A stretch of 63,720 bases of DNA, counting the filler, from Thraustochytrium aureum (Eukaryota), in NCBI GenBank assembly GCA_012862495.1. It is 4 parts of 3 records of this genome, joined end to end, with 100 filler letters (N's around TTAATTAATTAA, not from the genome) between each part and the next. Parts side by side here need not be neighbours in the genome. Positions count along the whole stretch, not along the records: positions 27,925 to 59,847 come from BLSG01000403.1; 3 more parts are not named here. The stretch is one strand, 5' to 3'. Within the stretch, counting starts at the first letter, position 1; each line of letters starts with the position of its first letter. Under the pieces are notes generated by a model, which was not told the DNA's origin, made no database searches, and saw only the letters and a program-made list of their open reading frames with translations. Below are positions 42,189-52,510 of this stretch, piece by piece. The position numbers were made by a program, and so were the translations under genes.

Positions 42189-43267
42189 ATGGAGTCTAGC
42201 GGAAGAAACTCGCCAGACCTGCTTGCGGCGTGGGCACAGCAGCACGCGCGGGACCCTTCGCCAGTGGCGAGTCGAGCGACGACGAGAGCGGAGAGGATGT
42301 TGGCGGAACCTTTTCTCAAGAACCCGTCGCAGTGGAGGCGACACCTCCGGCGACCCAAGAGGAAGCCTTGGCGTGTCTAAACGCATCGAACGGAGCACAA
42401 GATGCCGCCGTGTCGTGCAAAGTTTCAGCGGACGCGAGCCCAACTATGCGATCGCCAGCTGTTGGGCCGCGTGAGTGGACTTCACCACGGCCAGTAGCAT
42501 TTCAGTACCAGTACGATGACGACCTGTCTCAGACGCAGTCATCGCAAGAAGCCATCGGGACAGCAGAGCAAGAATCGCCTGCCGTAGCAAGGGCAGACTC
42601 GTCTCAAATGCCAAACCGCCCCAAACGCCAACGGGTGGAACAGCACCCATCAGCAAGTGCCGCTCCGGCCCCGGGTGAGTTTGTGCCGCGCGTTCGCCGC
42701 GTCGGCGAGCCTGGCTTATCTTCAACCGACTGTGGGCGCAAGCGGAAGCCGCTTGCTGTGATCAGCCTGCACGAGGCACCGGGGAGCTCAAAGCGGCACG
42801 CACTGGCCGCGCCTCCCAGTCAACCAAGCAGGAAGGGTGACGTATTTTTGTCTCTGGACGTCCCGCCAGCTGTTCCAGGGAGGGCTAACAACCAGCGGGC
42901 GCCCCGATTCAATCACGCCAAACACAGCTTGGGCTTTATCGACGAAAACTGCTCCGAATCAAAGCGCCAGAGTTTGCCGGATTGTGTTCCAAGCGTTGGC
43001 ACGGATGGGATGGGCTCTTCTCTCCACTCTGGCAAAGGAGGCCCCATTGGCATCCGAGAGGTGGTTAGCCGACACAGACTTAGCATTTCCGAATTGCACG
43101 GTAGCTCTGCCCCTTCCGTGGGATCCAGTACAGTCAGCTCTGAGCAAGGGCTCCCTAGTCCTCCAAGCGACGAAGCGCGGCCAGAGGCTCAGTGGTGCCT
43201 TCCGCATGACGGAGCCCAACCCGCGCGGGTTTGTCTAAAGCACCTCATGACAAGGTACTGTCTCTGA
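42189..43267 (+). CDS. Disordered Ser/Pro-rich ORF, possibly the BRCA2 N-terminus; probable frameshift at about 42255
   Basis: ATG 42189 joins the 42230 ORF if one C is added. It lies on the same strand as BRCA2, across a gap of about 770 N. Confidence 0.5.
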
Positions 43268-44079
43268 GGCTCGGAGGCGACGCCGGCCCTGCTGTGGGCC
43301 TCGAGCTNNNNNNNNNNNNNNNNNNNNNNNNNNNNNNNNNNNNNNNNNNNNNNNNNNNNNNNNNNNNNNNNNNNNNNNNNNNNNNNNNNNNNNNNNNNNN
43401 NNNNNNNNNNNNNNNNNNNNNNNNNNNNNNNNNNNNNNNNNNNNNNNNNNNNNNNNNNNNNNNNNNNNNNNNNNNNNNNNNNNNNNNNNNNNNNNNNNNN
43501 NNNNNNNNNNNNNNNNNNNNNNNNNNNNNNNNNNNNNNNNNNNNNNNNNNNNNNNNNNNNNNNNNNNNNNNNNNNNNNNNNNNNNNNNNNNNNNNNNNNN
43601 NNNNNNNNNNNNNNNNNNNNNNNNNNNNNNNNNNNNNNNNNNNNNNNNNNNNNNNNNNNNNNNNNNNNNNNNNNNNNNNNNNNNNNNNNNNNNNNNNNNN
43701 NNNNNNNNNNNNNNNNNNNNNNNNNNNNNNNNNNNNNNNNNNNNNNNNNNNNNNNNNNNNNNNNNNNNNNNNNNNNNNNNNNNNNNNNNNNNNNNNNNNN
43801 NNNNNNNNNNNNNNNNNNNNNNNNNNNNNNNNNNNNNNNNNNNNNNNNNNNNNNNNNNNNNNNNNNNNNNNNNNNNNNNNNNNNNNNNNNNNNNNNNNNN
43901 NNNNNNNNNNNNNNNNNNNNNNNNNNNNNNNNNNNNNNNNNNNNNNNNNNNNNNNNNNNNNNNNNNNNNNNNNNNNNNNNNNNNNNNNNNNNNNNNNNNN
44001 NNNNNNNNNNNNNNNNNNNNNNNNNNNNNNNNNNNNNNNNNNNNNNNNNNNNNNNNNNNNNNNNNNNNNNNNNNNNNNN

Positions 44080-46414
44080 CGACGCAATAGCGTCGAGGAA
44101 GTCGCGCTCGTAGAGGAGGAGGCGTTGAGCAACCGCTCGCCAGCGCCGCGCAGGACGCCTGTAAACCAGAGTCACGCGTTTCGCGGCCCTCGAAGTGTCC
44201 TAGTCAGAGAGCTAGTGACCCCTGCAAAGCCAGAGCCTATTAAGACCGTGGCGCTGACGACCCCAGCAGAAAGGCACCGCGGCCGCCACGCAGGCTCCGT
44301 CGCCTCCGCTTCGCCACTGTGCGCCACAAACGTTGCGCGGCGCACGCCAGCGCGGCGCAAAGGGTTTGTAACACCCTTCAAGTCGAAGGAAGCGAAGGAG
44401 GCCGTCCAACGCACCAAGTCGAGTGTGACCCCCAAGCTTGTGACCCCGAAAAGGAGCAGCGCAAGACCAGGATTTCGGGCCGCAGAATCGGTGGCAAGGC
44501 CGTCCTTTGACCGAACTGGGGTTGTCGCGAAGGCAGCACGGCCCGAGAGGGGTCTCACTCCAAAGCGTGGCCGGTACAGAGCTACACAAAGGGCAACGGA
44601 GCTCGGCAACCGCGAGCAGAGCGCTGCAACTCGGCGTCCCGTCGTGGATAGTTTTTGACCTGAATGCAAGCAGCGCAGTGCAGGCTCGCTTTGATGCCGA
44701 GTCTGGCGTGCCGTTGGGCCTCGGCGATGAGCCTTGTTCTGTTGGATGGCCCGAGCTGCGTGCTCAGCTTGTTGCTGAGCCGGGCGTGAATCCGATCCTC
44801 GCCACCCCGGCCTGGGTGGGCAACCATTTCCGATGGATCGTGTGGAAACTCGGCGCCTATGCGCGCGTATTTCCGCACGTCAAGGCGCTCGCGAGCGCGC
44901 TCAGCCTCCAAAATGTCAAAGCGCAGCTGCGGCACAGGTACGACCGCGAGTTTGAGCTTGCTCAACGGCCAATCCTACGGAAAGTGATGGAAAAGGATGC
45001 CCCCTGCACCGGCCACATGGTGCTCCTCCTTTGCCAAGTTCTCCCGGACCGCTTGTTGGTAAGCGATGGCTGGTACGCGATGCACGCGGTCGCCGACCGT
45101 GCCTTGATGGACTTGGTTCTTACGAAGCAAAGACTGCGGCCGGGGGACAAATTCCGGGTGTGTGGGGCAAGCATGATCGGCAACGATGCCGGCATGTCTC
45201 CTCTCGAGTGCGCGTGCAACGACGTGACTGCCATCGGCAAAGGGCATGCGGACCTTGCCCAACAGCCTCGTCTTGTCCTGTCGCGCAACTCAACGCTACC
45301 CGCGCCATGGGATGCAAAGCTAGGACTACAGCGGGAACCGATGTTCAGCAAGCCTCTTTCCCGCATCGTGCCATCGCCGGGATCGTGCGTACCAAGCACA
45401 TTTGTGATCCTCGCGCGCAAGTTCGACGTCACCTTTTGCGAGCGCGACCATGAAAGCGGCGCATGGACGATGCGAACAGAGGAGCAGGAGGAGCTCGCGC
45501 AAAAGGCCCACCAGGAGCTGGTCTCGCGCCAGAGGGAATTAGTGATGCTCGAGCTTGGGACGAAATGGGACGACTCTGCCTTGTCGCAGTCCTCCGACCT
45601 CTCGAACGGAGCAGAAGGGTCCGGCGCTTGTGATGCCGTCGTCCAGCGCCGGCGTGAGCAGCTGGAGTCGAGCCTCGCCAAGGACCCCCGCATCCCGCGT
45701 CCGCGCAGCGTCAAACAGATGCTTCGTATTTTGGTCCAGCAGCCTTACCAGCCGGCCTACGCCATTCTGACAGTGTGGGATCCATCAGGCGACTTGCAAT
45801 CTGCCTCCGAAGGATCCCAGCTCGAGGTGCAGAGCGCGACCGTGGAGCTGCCTCCGTCGCTTTTGGCGCGGAGGGGCGTCCTGGGGCTCAAATCGAGCCG
45901 CTTGCGCGTCACCCGGGGCGTCGCCAATCAAGCTGCATTTGACGGCCGCGAGCCAGTCCCCATCTCTAGCATCCCGCTCGACCCACGGCGACTGTTTATC
46001 GACACCGCAGGCGTGGTGGTCCGGAGCAACGCCCAGTTCGTCTTCATCGCCCCAATTGGCACGCGCGAGAGCTTGGAGCTCGGCGAGGGCGCGGTGGCGG
46101 CGAGTGGAAGCTCACTCAAGGCAATCCTCGCGCTCGATGTCGAGCGCAAGCAGCGCCCTGATGACCTTTGCGATGGAGACGTCGTTGCTGTGCGCGACAT
46201 TCTTTTTGAGCGTGTCGACGCCTATACCGGATTTGTGGGCTGCGTTTCATCGCGACAGACCACCTTTTGCCGCCAGTCGAGACTGATCTCGCAGGCTGGT
46301 TGGCGTCATCTCGCGCCAATGTTGGGGAAGCGCGTGAAGGGTGCACGGCTCAAGTCCTCTCGGCCCTCGCAGCCTACGTCGACGAGCAGCTCTCGCTTCA
46401 TGTGCGCGCCTTGA
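44080..46414 (+). CDS. BRCA2: BRCA2 homolog (helical domain + OB folds), 5'-partial; probable frameshifts at about 44507 and 46325
   Basis: WVGNHFRWIVWKL, QLRHRYDRE...RPILRKVMEKD, SDGWY, NSTLPAPWDAKLG. Confidence 0.93.
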
Positions 46415-47286
46415 ACGGACCTGTGCCGAGCGCGCTTCCCAGCTCCGTTCACGCTGGCCGAGCTTGCGTGTCGCCGCAACGCCAGCCCGCGCCACGGGAT
46501 CTCAATGGCTCAAACTCGCCGGGACAGTTCGCACATCGTTCGGCAGGGAGTGGCGATATTACCCGGTGTGTAGTGGCAGGCGCACGCGAGGCCACGACGG
46601 AGCCCGCGAAAGCATGTTGGGGCTCGCCACCGCGCGCCGCGTGGGGCGGAGGAGGCGGCTTGGGGCATGCTCCGCAGACCGGGCCCGAAACGGCGCCTCT
46701 TCAGTCTAACGGTGTGGACCGACATCATCAGGTGCAGCAGATGCGCTCGCCTGGCGGCGGCCGAGGACCCTCGAGCCGTGAAGAACGCCTCCGTCTCCAA
46801 CAGATCAAAAAGGAGCAATGGAGGCAACGCCACCTTGCCAAGCAGCAAGCCGAGCAGCAGCGACTCAAGGAGCGAGAGCCGTACACGTTGGAGAGCCCGT
46901 TCGTTTTCCGCATCGGGTACGAGCGGTTGACTACTATCATGCTCGGACGCAAGCGCGTGGACTTGCGAAAGTACACTGCTGCGGTGGCTGCACTACGCGT
47001 CGGAGACGTCGCAAGCTTTTGCGACGGGCTCCACCAGCAGCTCGTTCGCATCACGGCTTGCATTCGCTATACGTCGTGTGAGGAGGCACTGGACAACGAG
47101 AGGTTTGGCCACGTTGAGCCCACTGCTGGGACGCGAGAGGCGGCCCTCGCGGTGCTGTACAACCTCATCCAGCCTGCGGACCCTGTGCTCGCTGTCCACT
47201 TTGACCCGATTGACCTGGAGCCCCATCACAACCGCGCGGTCTCACCTGCCAAAGGAGCCGGCCAGCCTGCGCGTCACGAGCGTTGA
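46325..47286 (+). CDS. ASCH (PUA-like) domain ORF: either the BRCA2 C-terminal extension or a separate gene from ATG 46741
   Basis: IMLGRKRVDLR...LRVGDVASF...VRITACIRYTSCEEAL...VLAVHF fits the ASCH GxKxxExR pattern. Confidence 0.65.
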
Positions 47287-47778
47287 GACGGCTTGCATCA
47301 GGCCANNNNNNNNNNNNNNNNNNNNNNNNNNNNNNNNNNNNNNNNNNNNNNNNNNNNNNNNNNNNNNNNNNNNNNNNNNNNNNNNNNNNNNNNNNNNNNN
47401 NNNNNNNNNNNNNNNNNNNNNNNNNNNNNNNNNNNNNNNNNNNNNNNNNNNNNNNNNNNNNNNNNNNNNNNNNNNNNNNNNNNNNNNNNNNNNNNNNNNN
47501 NNNNNNNNNNNNNNNNNNNNNNNNNNNNNNNNNNNNNNNNNNNNNNNNNNNNNNNNNNNNNNNNNNNNNNNNNNNNNNNNNNNNNNNNNNNNNNNNNNNN
47601 NNNNNNNNNNNNNNNNTAGGGCAGTTTGTGGCAAGGTTGGCGAGTAGCATGCCCACGACGCAATTGACACAAAAATGGAAAGCTTGAGCTTGATTGCTTC
47701 GTCTCTACTAGCTAGTATAGAGTGTTGTAACAGTGTCCACGGCGTCAACCAAGCGAGCGTCAGTGCAGCCCAGATCAG

Positions 47779-49728
47779 CTATGTTGCATGCGGCATTACC
47801 GCGTTGGGATTGGGGTGCGCCTCCTTCCCGTCGTGCTGCAGGTTGCGCATCCGCTGCTGCACCTCGTCGTGGCGCACTGCGCCGCCTTCCTCGTAGTATC
47901 CTAGCCCCTTGGCCCCAAGGCGAAAGACCTTGCCGGGGCGCGCGCCTTGAAAGGTCTCGTAGGGCCCTTCAAATGACCCAGCGTCAAGGTCTGAGGCAAT
48001 TGGAGGGTGCAGCGCAGCCTGGGCCAGCTCGGCCGCGCGCGCAGCGATGTCTGGCACATCGTAGTTGTCGGTGCACATATCATTGAGGCCGAGCTCCTCG
48101 TTCTCGTCAAACGTTCGCTCGTACTCCTCGACGGTGAGGCGGGGCTCCGGCTCCGGCGCTGTGGGGCTGTAAATGAAAGAACTGGCCAGTGGGTCGCGGA
48201 TCTCGAGCGTAAAGCCGAGCTCCCCATTCAAAACTTGTTCAAAGCGGCGCTCCAAATCCGCAAACTTGGCCCGCAGCGAGTCCGGCGCAGAGTCGCCGTG
48301 CGCAAAGTCGGAAGCTTGACCGTCGAAGAGCGAGCGCTTCGCCAGGTCCAAGAGGCCCTCTACAGTTGTGTACATTCCGCCGAGGCTGCCCTGCGTGATT
48401 TCGATCTCGAGCTCGGGAATGCTGATTCCTGCGGAGTTGCTCTTCACGACGTCGCGCTTCATGTCGGCGACCCACTCGGTCGGGTCGTCCTCGGATCGCT
48501 GGTCAATTCGAAGACGCAGCACCTGGCCTTTGTCAGGGATGGCGCCCCCGCCCTTGATTTCGTTTGTCTTGTACCCGCAGCTGTCGCTGGGGCAGTCGAA
48601 CGCCATGATGATTACTTCGCGGAAAAATGGAATATCTGTCAAGCAGGTTTTCGAGGTGCCCTGGGTCCCGCAGTTGGGGCAGTTGGTGGGGATCTCGTAA
48701 ACCTCCTTCTCCATCAGGGTCGAGTCGTCGCGCTTCTCGCGCGCGATGGTGGCCCCCTCCTTAACTTTGAACAGCTTGGCCGCTTCGTCGCGCTTGGCCT
48801 GTGCTGCCTCCTGCTCCTTCTTGCGCTCTGCCTCCTCCTCGGGGTCAAGCTCATAGGTCTCCAGCTGCAGTCCAAGCTGCTCCTGCTGCTCCTTGGTCCT
48901 CAGGTAGGTCTTGTATTGCAGGGCGGGGTCGTTCTTGGGCGCCAAGGGATTCTCCAGAAACGAGTTGCCGGACGGGTCATCAAGGGTTATCGTAACCGGC
49001 AGCGAGACTCCGCAAAGGACCATGGCAAGGCGCGCGACAAACTCGTCCACCTGGTCGGCGACTGCGGCGTCGACGCGACGCCGATCCTCTTGCGAGTCCT
49101 TGAGTTGGTCCAGTGCGCCGCTAAGGAGTCCTTCGAGCGTCGTGAGCTGACCTTTGCCGCGCGGGATCTCAAAGTCGAGCTCTTCCACGCGAAACACAGC
49201 CGAGTCGCTCTTTACAACCTGGCGCTGCAGGTCCTCGACGGAGTTGAGTTTAAGCGTGTATGTCCCGCCACGTTCTTGTACGGAGGTGGCGGGTTGGATC
49301 TCGTTATTGGAGAAGGCGCAATGAGGGCACCTGAACGACATGAGAATGATCTGCCGGAAAAAGGGGATCTCGGTAAAGAGCAGTCGTGTCATGCCGTTCT
49401 TGCCGCAGTTCATGCACAGCGACTCCATGCTGGTCGGCATCAGCTCGTCATCGTTGACCACGTCACCTATTTTCGGGTACAGGTTCTCCCCGCCGTGCTC
49501 GTTCGTGGTCGCAGCGGTCTGGCCGTGACCAGCCATCGCGCTGCCTCTCGATGTCGTGCTCGTCCAAGTCTTATCCTTGTGGAGCCTTGCTCGCGCTTCT
49601 TTCGCGTTCGCGCTTCTTTCGCTTTCGCGCTTCTTTCGCTCTGGCCCTTCGTTCGCTTTCGCGCTCTCTGCCGCCGCTTTCGCGCTTTCTTGATCAAGTT
49701 GGGTGTCTGTCTGCTGCGCTGCATCCAT
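47779..49728 (-). CDS. ZPR1: Zinc finger protein ZPR1
   Basis: Two ZnF-A modules: SLCMNCG...IPFFRQIILMSFRCPHC and CPNCG...IPFFREVIIMAFDCPSDSCGYKTNEIK, plus TTVEGLL. Confidence 0.96.
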   Translation of the reverse strand: MDAAQQTDTQLDQESAKAAAESAKANEGPERKKRESERSANAKEARARLHKDKTWTSTTSRGSAMAGHGQTAATTNEHGGENLYPKIGDVVNDDELMPTSMESLCMNCGKNGMTRLLFTEIPFFRQIILMSFRCPHCAFSNNEIQPATSVQERGGTYTLKLNSVEDLQRQVVKSDSAVFRVEELDFEIPRGKGQLTTLEGLLSGALDQLKDSQEDRRRVDAAVADQVDEFVARLAMVLCGVSLPVTITLDDPSGNSFLENPLAPKNDPALQYKTYLRTKEQQEQLGLQLETYELDPEEEAERKKEQEAAQAKRDEAAKLFKVKEGATIAREKRDDSTLMEKEVYEIPTNCPNCGTQGTSKTCLTDIPFFREVIIMAFDCPSDSCGYKTNEIKGGGAIPDKGQVLRLRIDQRSEDDPTEWVADMKRDVVKSNSAGISIPELEIEITQGSLGGMYTTVEGLLDLAKRSLFDGQASDFAHGDSAPDSLRAKFADLERRFEQVLNGELGFTLEIRDPLASSFIYSPTAPEPEPRLTVEEYERTFDENEELGLNDMCTDNYDVPDIAARAAELAQAALHPPIASDLDAGSFEGPYETFQGARPGKVFRLGAKGLGYYEEGGAVRHDEVQQRMRNLQHDGKEAHPNPNAVMPHAT

Positions 49729-50592
49729 CCATCGCTCGGCGTTGCGGATGGACGGTCAACAAGAGAAACTTCCAGAGGAGTCATGAGATCACTCGAGACT
49801 CTGGAAAGAAACGAGTCTTGACGCGGTGCTGGAGCCTTGGAATCCAGGGCTTTGGCGATCAACGGGCGCTGGCANNNNNNNNNNNNNNNNNNNNNNNNNN
49901 NNNNNNNNNNNNNNNNNNNNNNNNNNNNNNNNNNNNNNNNNNNNNNNNNNNNNNNNNNNNNNNNNNNNNNNNNNNNNNNNNNNNNNNNNNNNNNNNNNNN
50001 NNNNNNNNNNNNNNNNNNNNNNNNNNNNNNNNNNNNNNNNNNNNNNNNNNNNNNNNNNNNNNNNNNNNNNNNNNNNNNNNNNNNNNNNNNNNNNNNNNNN
50101 NNNNNNNNNNNNNNNNNNNNNNNNNNNNNNNNNNNNNNNNNNNNNNNNNNNNNNNNNNNNNNNNNNNNNNNNNNNNNNNNNNNNNNNNNNNNNNNNNNNN
50201 NNNNNNNNNNNNNNNNNNNNNNNNNNNNNNNNNNNNNNNNNNNNNNNNNNNNNNNNNNNNNNNNNNNNNNNNNNNNNNNNNNNNNNNNNNNNNNNNNNNN
50301 NNNNNNNNNNNNNNNNNNNNNNNNNNNNNNNNNNNNNNNNNNNNNNNNNNNNNNNNNNNNNNNNNNNNNNNNNNNNNNNNNNNNNNNNNNNNNNNNNNNN
50401 NNNNNNNNNNNNNNNNNNNNNNNNNNNNNNNNNNNNNNNNNNNNNNNNNNNNNNNNNNNNNNNNNNNNNNNNNNNNNNNNNNNNNNNNNNNNNNNNNNNN
50501 NNNNNNNNNNNNNNNNNNNNNNNNNNNNNNNNNNNNNNNNNNNNNNNNNNNNNNNNNNNNNNNCGGAACGGGTTTCTTGTGCGGCCCCTGAT

Positions 50593-51716
50593 CTATCCAG
50601 CGTCCGCCGCTGTCGTACTGGCAACCGAGATCGCGGCTAGGTCACACGGTCCTGTCTCGCTCGGCCTGGCGCTCGCTGCGGAAGCGGCGGAGCCGACGTC
50701 CTGCTTGCTCGTGCAGAAAGGACATCTACGTGCTCGTTCGTGGATGAGCGCAAGGCACTCGCTGCACTCTTTCCGCTCCGTGAGCCCAGGGGCATAAGGG
50801 CCGCTCCCGCGGGGGTCTCCTGGGCCAGAACCTGCCTCCGCCAGAGCGCCCGCCTGCTGCGATGTCGTACTTGTTGTCTCCACCGCTTCCGCCTCGTCTA
50901 CAAGGTGCTCCTTCGAGTACTTTCGAAGGAGCGTAACGATCCCTACCCGTCGGTTCGGGAGCGCACAGCAAGCCCGGCTCAAACGAGCGTCAGTCGAGCT
51001 GTCAACGCCGCCAAATTCGCGTGGCGCGCGTGCAGCTCGAGCAACTTACAGTACACGGTGATCATTGTTACCAAAAACGACAAAAAACTCTGGAAAAAGG
51101 CATCCCAGTTGAGGATCCTGCACCCCGACTCGATCGCCTGCGAGGCCGACGTCACGGTCACATCGTTTGGGTTTGTCAGCACGATGAAGCCGGGCTTGGA
51201 CTCCACGGCAAGGTACTTGATGTCAAACGCGGAAAATATGAGTGGCGCCACGAACGCGTCTGTCATCGAGTAAATGATGGCCCCGAATTGCTCGCCGATG
51301 ATGAAGCCGAGGGCGAACTCAAGCGTCGACCCAGCCGTGAGCATTTCGCGCAGCCCTCGAAACGTCCAGCAGCAGCAACACAACAAGCACTTGCCCTGCT
51401 TTGGGCACCGCTCAACGAGCTTGTCTGCCTTGGACCCTGTTGAACCCACGAAATCTGAAACAGCGCCACGGACTGGTGTGCGTGGCTTGAGAACGAGTCT
51501 CGTCGCCCCATCGTCCCCAGCTCCGCCTTCCCGGCCGCCGACCTCGAAGACGTGCTCCACGGGTGCGTCGTTGTCGCGCCGCATCAGTGGGGCTGCCATC
51601 GGTGCGAGGCTGTCCTTTTCAAGTCTCGCGCCCTCGTCGTCGCGCGACGCGCGCCGAAACGAAGGGGCACCGTCCATCTCCTCGCGGTTACGCAGCTCGA
51701 GCTGCTGTTGCTGCAT
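50593..51716 (-). CDS. mscL: Large-conductance mechanosensitive channel (MscL) homolog with C-terminal zinc ribbon; intron 50943-51049
   Basis: GSTLEFALGFIIGEQFGAIIYSMTDAFVAPLI (TM1) and NWDAFFQSFLSFLVTMITVYWIV (TM2, after splicing). C-terminal ECSECL..RCPFCTS. Confidence 0.85.
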
Positions 51717-52510
51717 TCTTTGCGCAGGCTTGTCGCCAAGTGACTTTGCTCAGCGCTCACTTGTTGGGAGCTTGCTCCATTGGTTCAATACTCCATGGTG
51801 ATACTCTGTTACCTACGTGAAAGTCTAAGACTCGTTAGGCAGCCAGTGACGGGACATCCTGCGCGACGGAGGCCGCGTGCTGGAGAGCACCCACTGGCAG
51901 ACCAGTCCTATAGGAGCCAGACTGACACCAAAAAGTCAGTGATGGAGATGGCGCAGCGCCTGACGGATTACGGCCTCTATCAATCTCTTCTGTTTGATTG
52001 ATTTCTTGAATCAAGTGATCTTGATTGAAAGAAAAAAGAGCGTCCAGTTCGATGGAGCGCGAACGCAGGCTCCGGGTCGAGCAAGTCCCTGCGACTGCTG
52101 CGACGCTCATCATCAAAGAGAGCAGGACAGCTAGCCTGACATAGCAGTCTGAGACCAGATTGTTCTCGAGTAGGCCACGGGGTTTTGACAGATGCACGAC
52201 CAACAGAGGACCGACACAACGCCTATCGTTTGTGGCGTGCGCTTCGTTTTCGAGCGATCACAAGCCCCATCTCGGCGCGTTTGAGCATGATGACGACCAC
52301 GTCACCAACCGCGCGTGGCGTACCGTACAAAGGTTTAACTTGAGTACTAGTCCGCGACGCGTCGTTCTCACCGGGAGGCGCTTCAAAGGGCGTCCCTGGT
52401 CGCACCGTGGGTAGGTGCTCTAGCTGCCACAAGAACACCGGTTCTGTCTTGGCAGACAAGAGCAGGCGCTCGTGGCGGCGGACGGTGGGAGCGGCCGAAC
52501 GCCTACTTGC

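Noticed and set aside
43231..44175. ORFs spanning N gaps (also near 15000, 38500, 47400 and 50200)
   Set aside because: They are artefacts of translating through Ns.
48007..49821. Long antisense or overlapping ORFs (also 798-1808, 10588-11736, 55167-56756 and others)
   Set aside because: These are shadows of GC-rich coding sequence opposite recognisable genes and carry no motifs.
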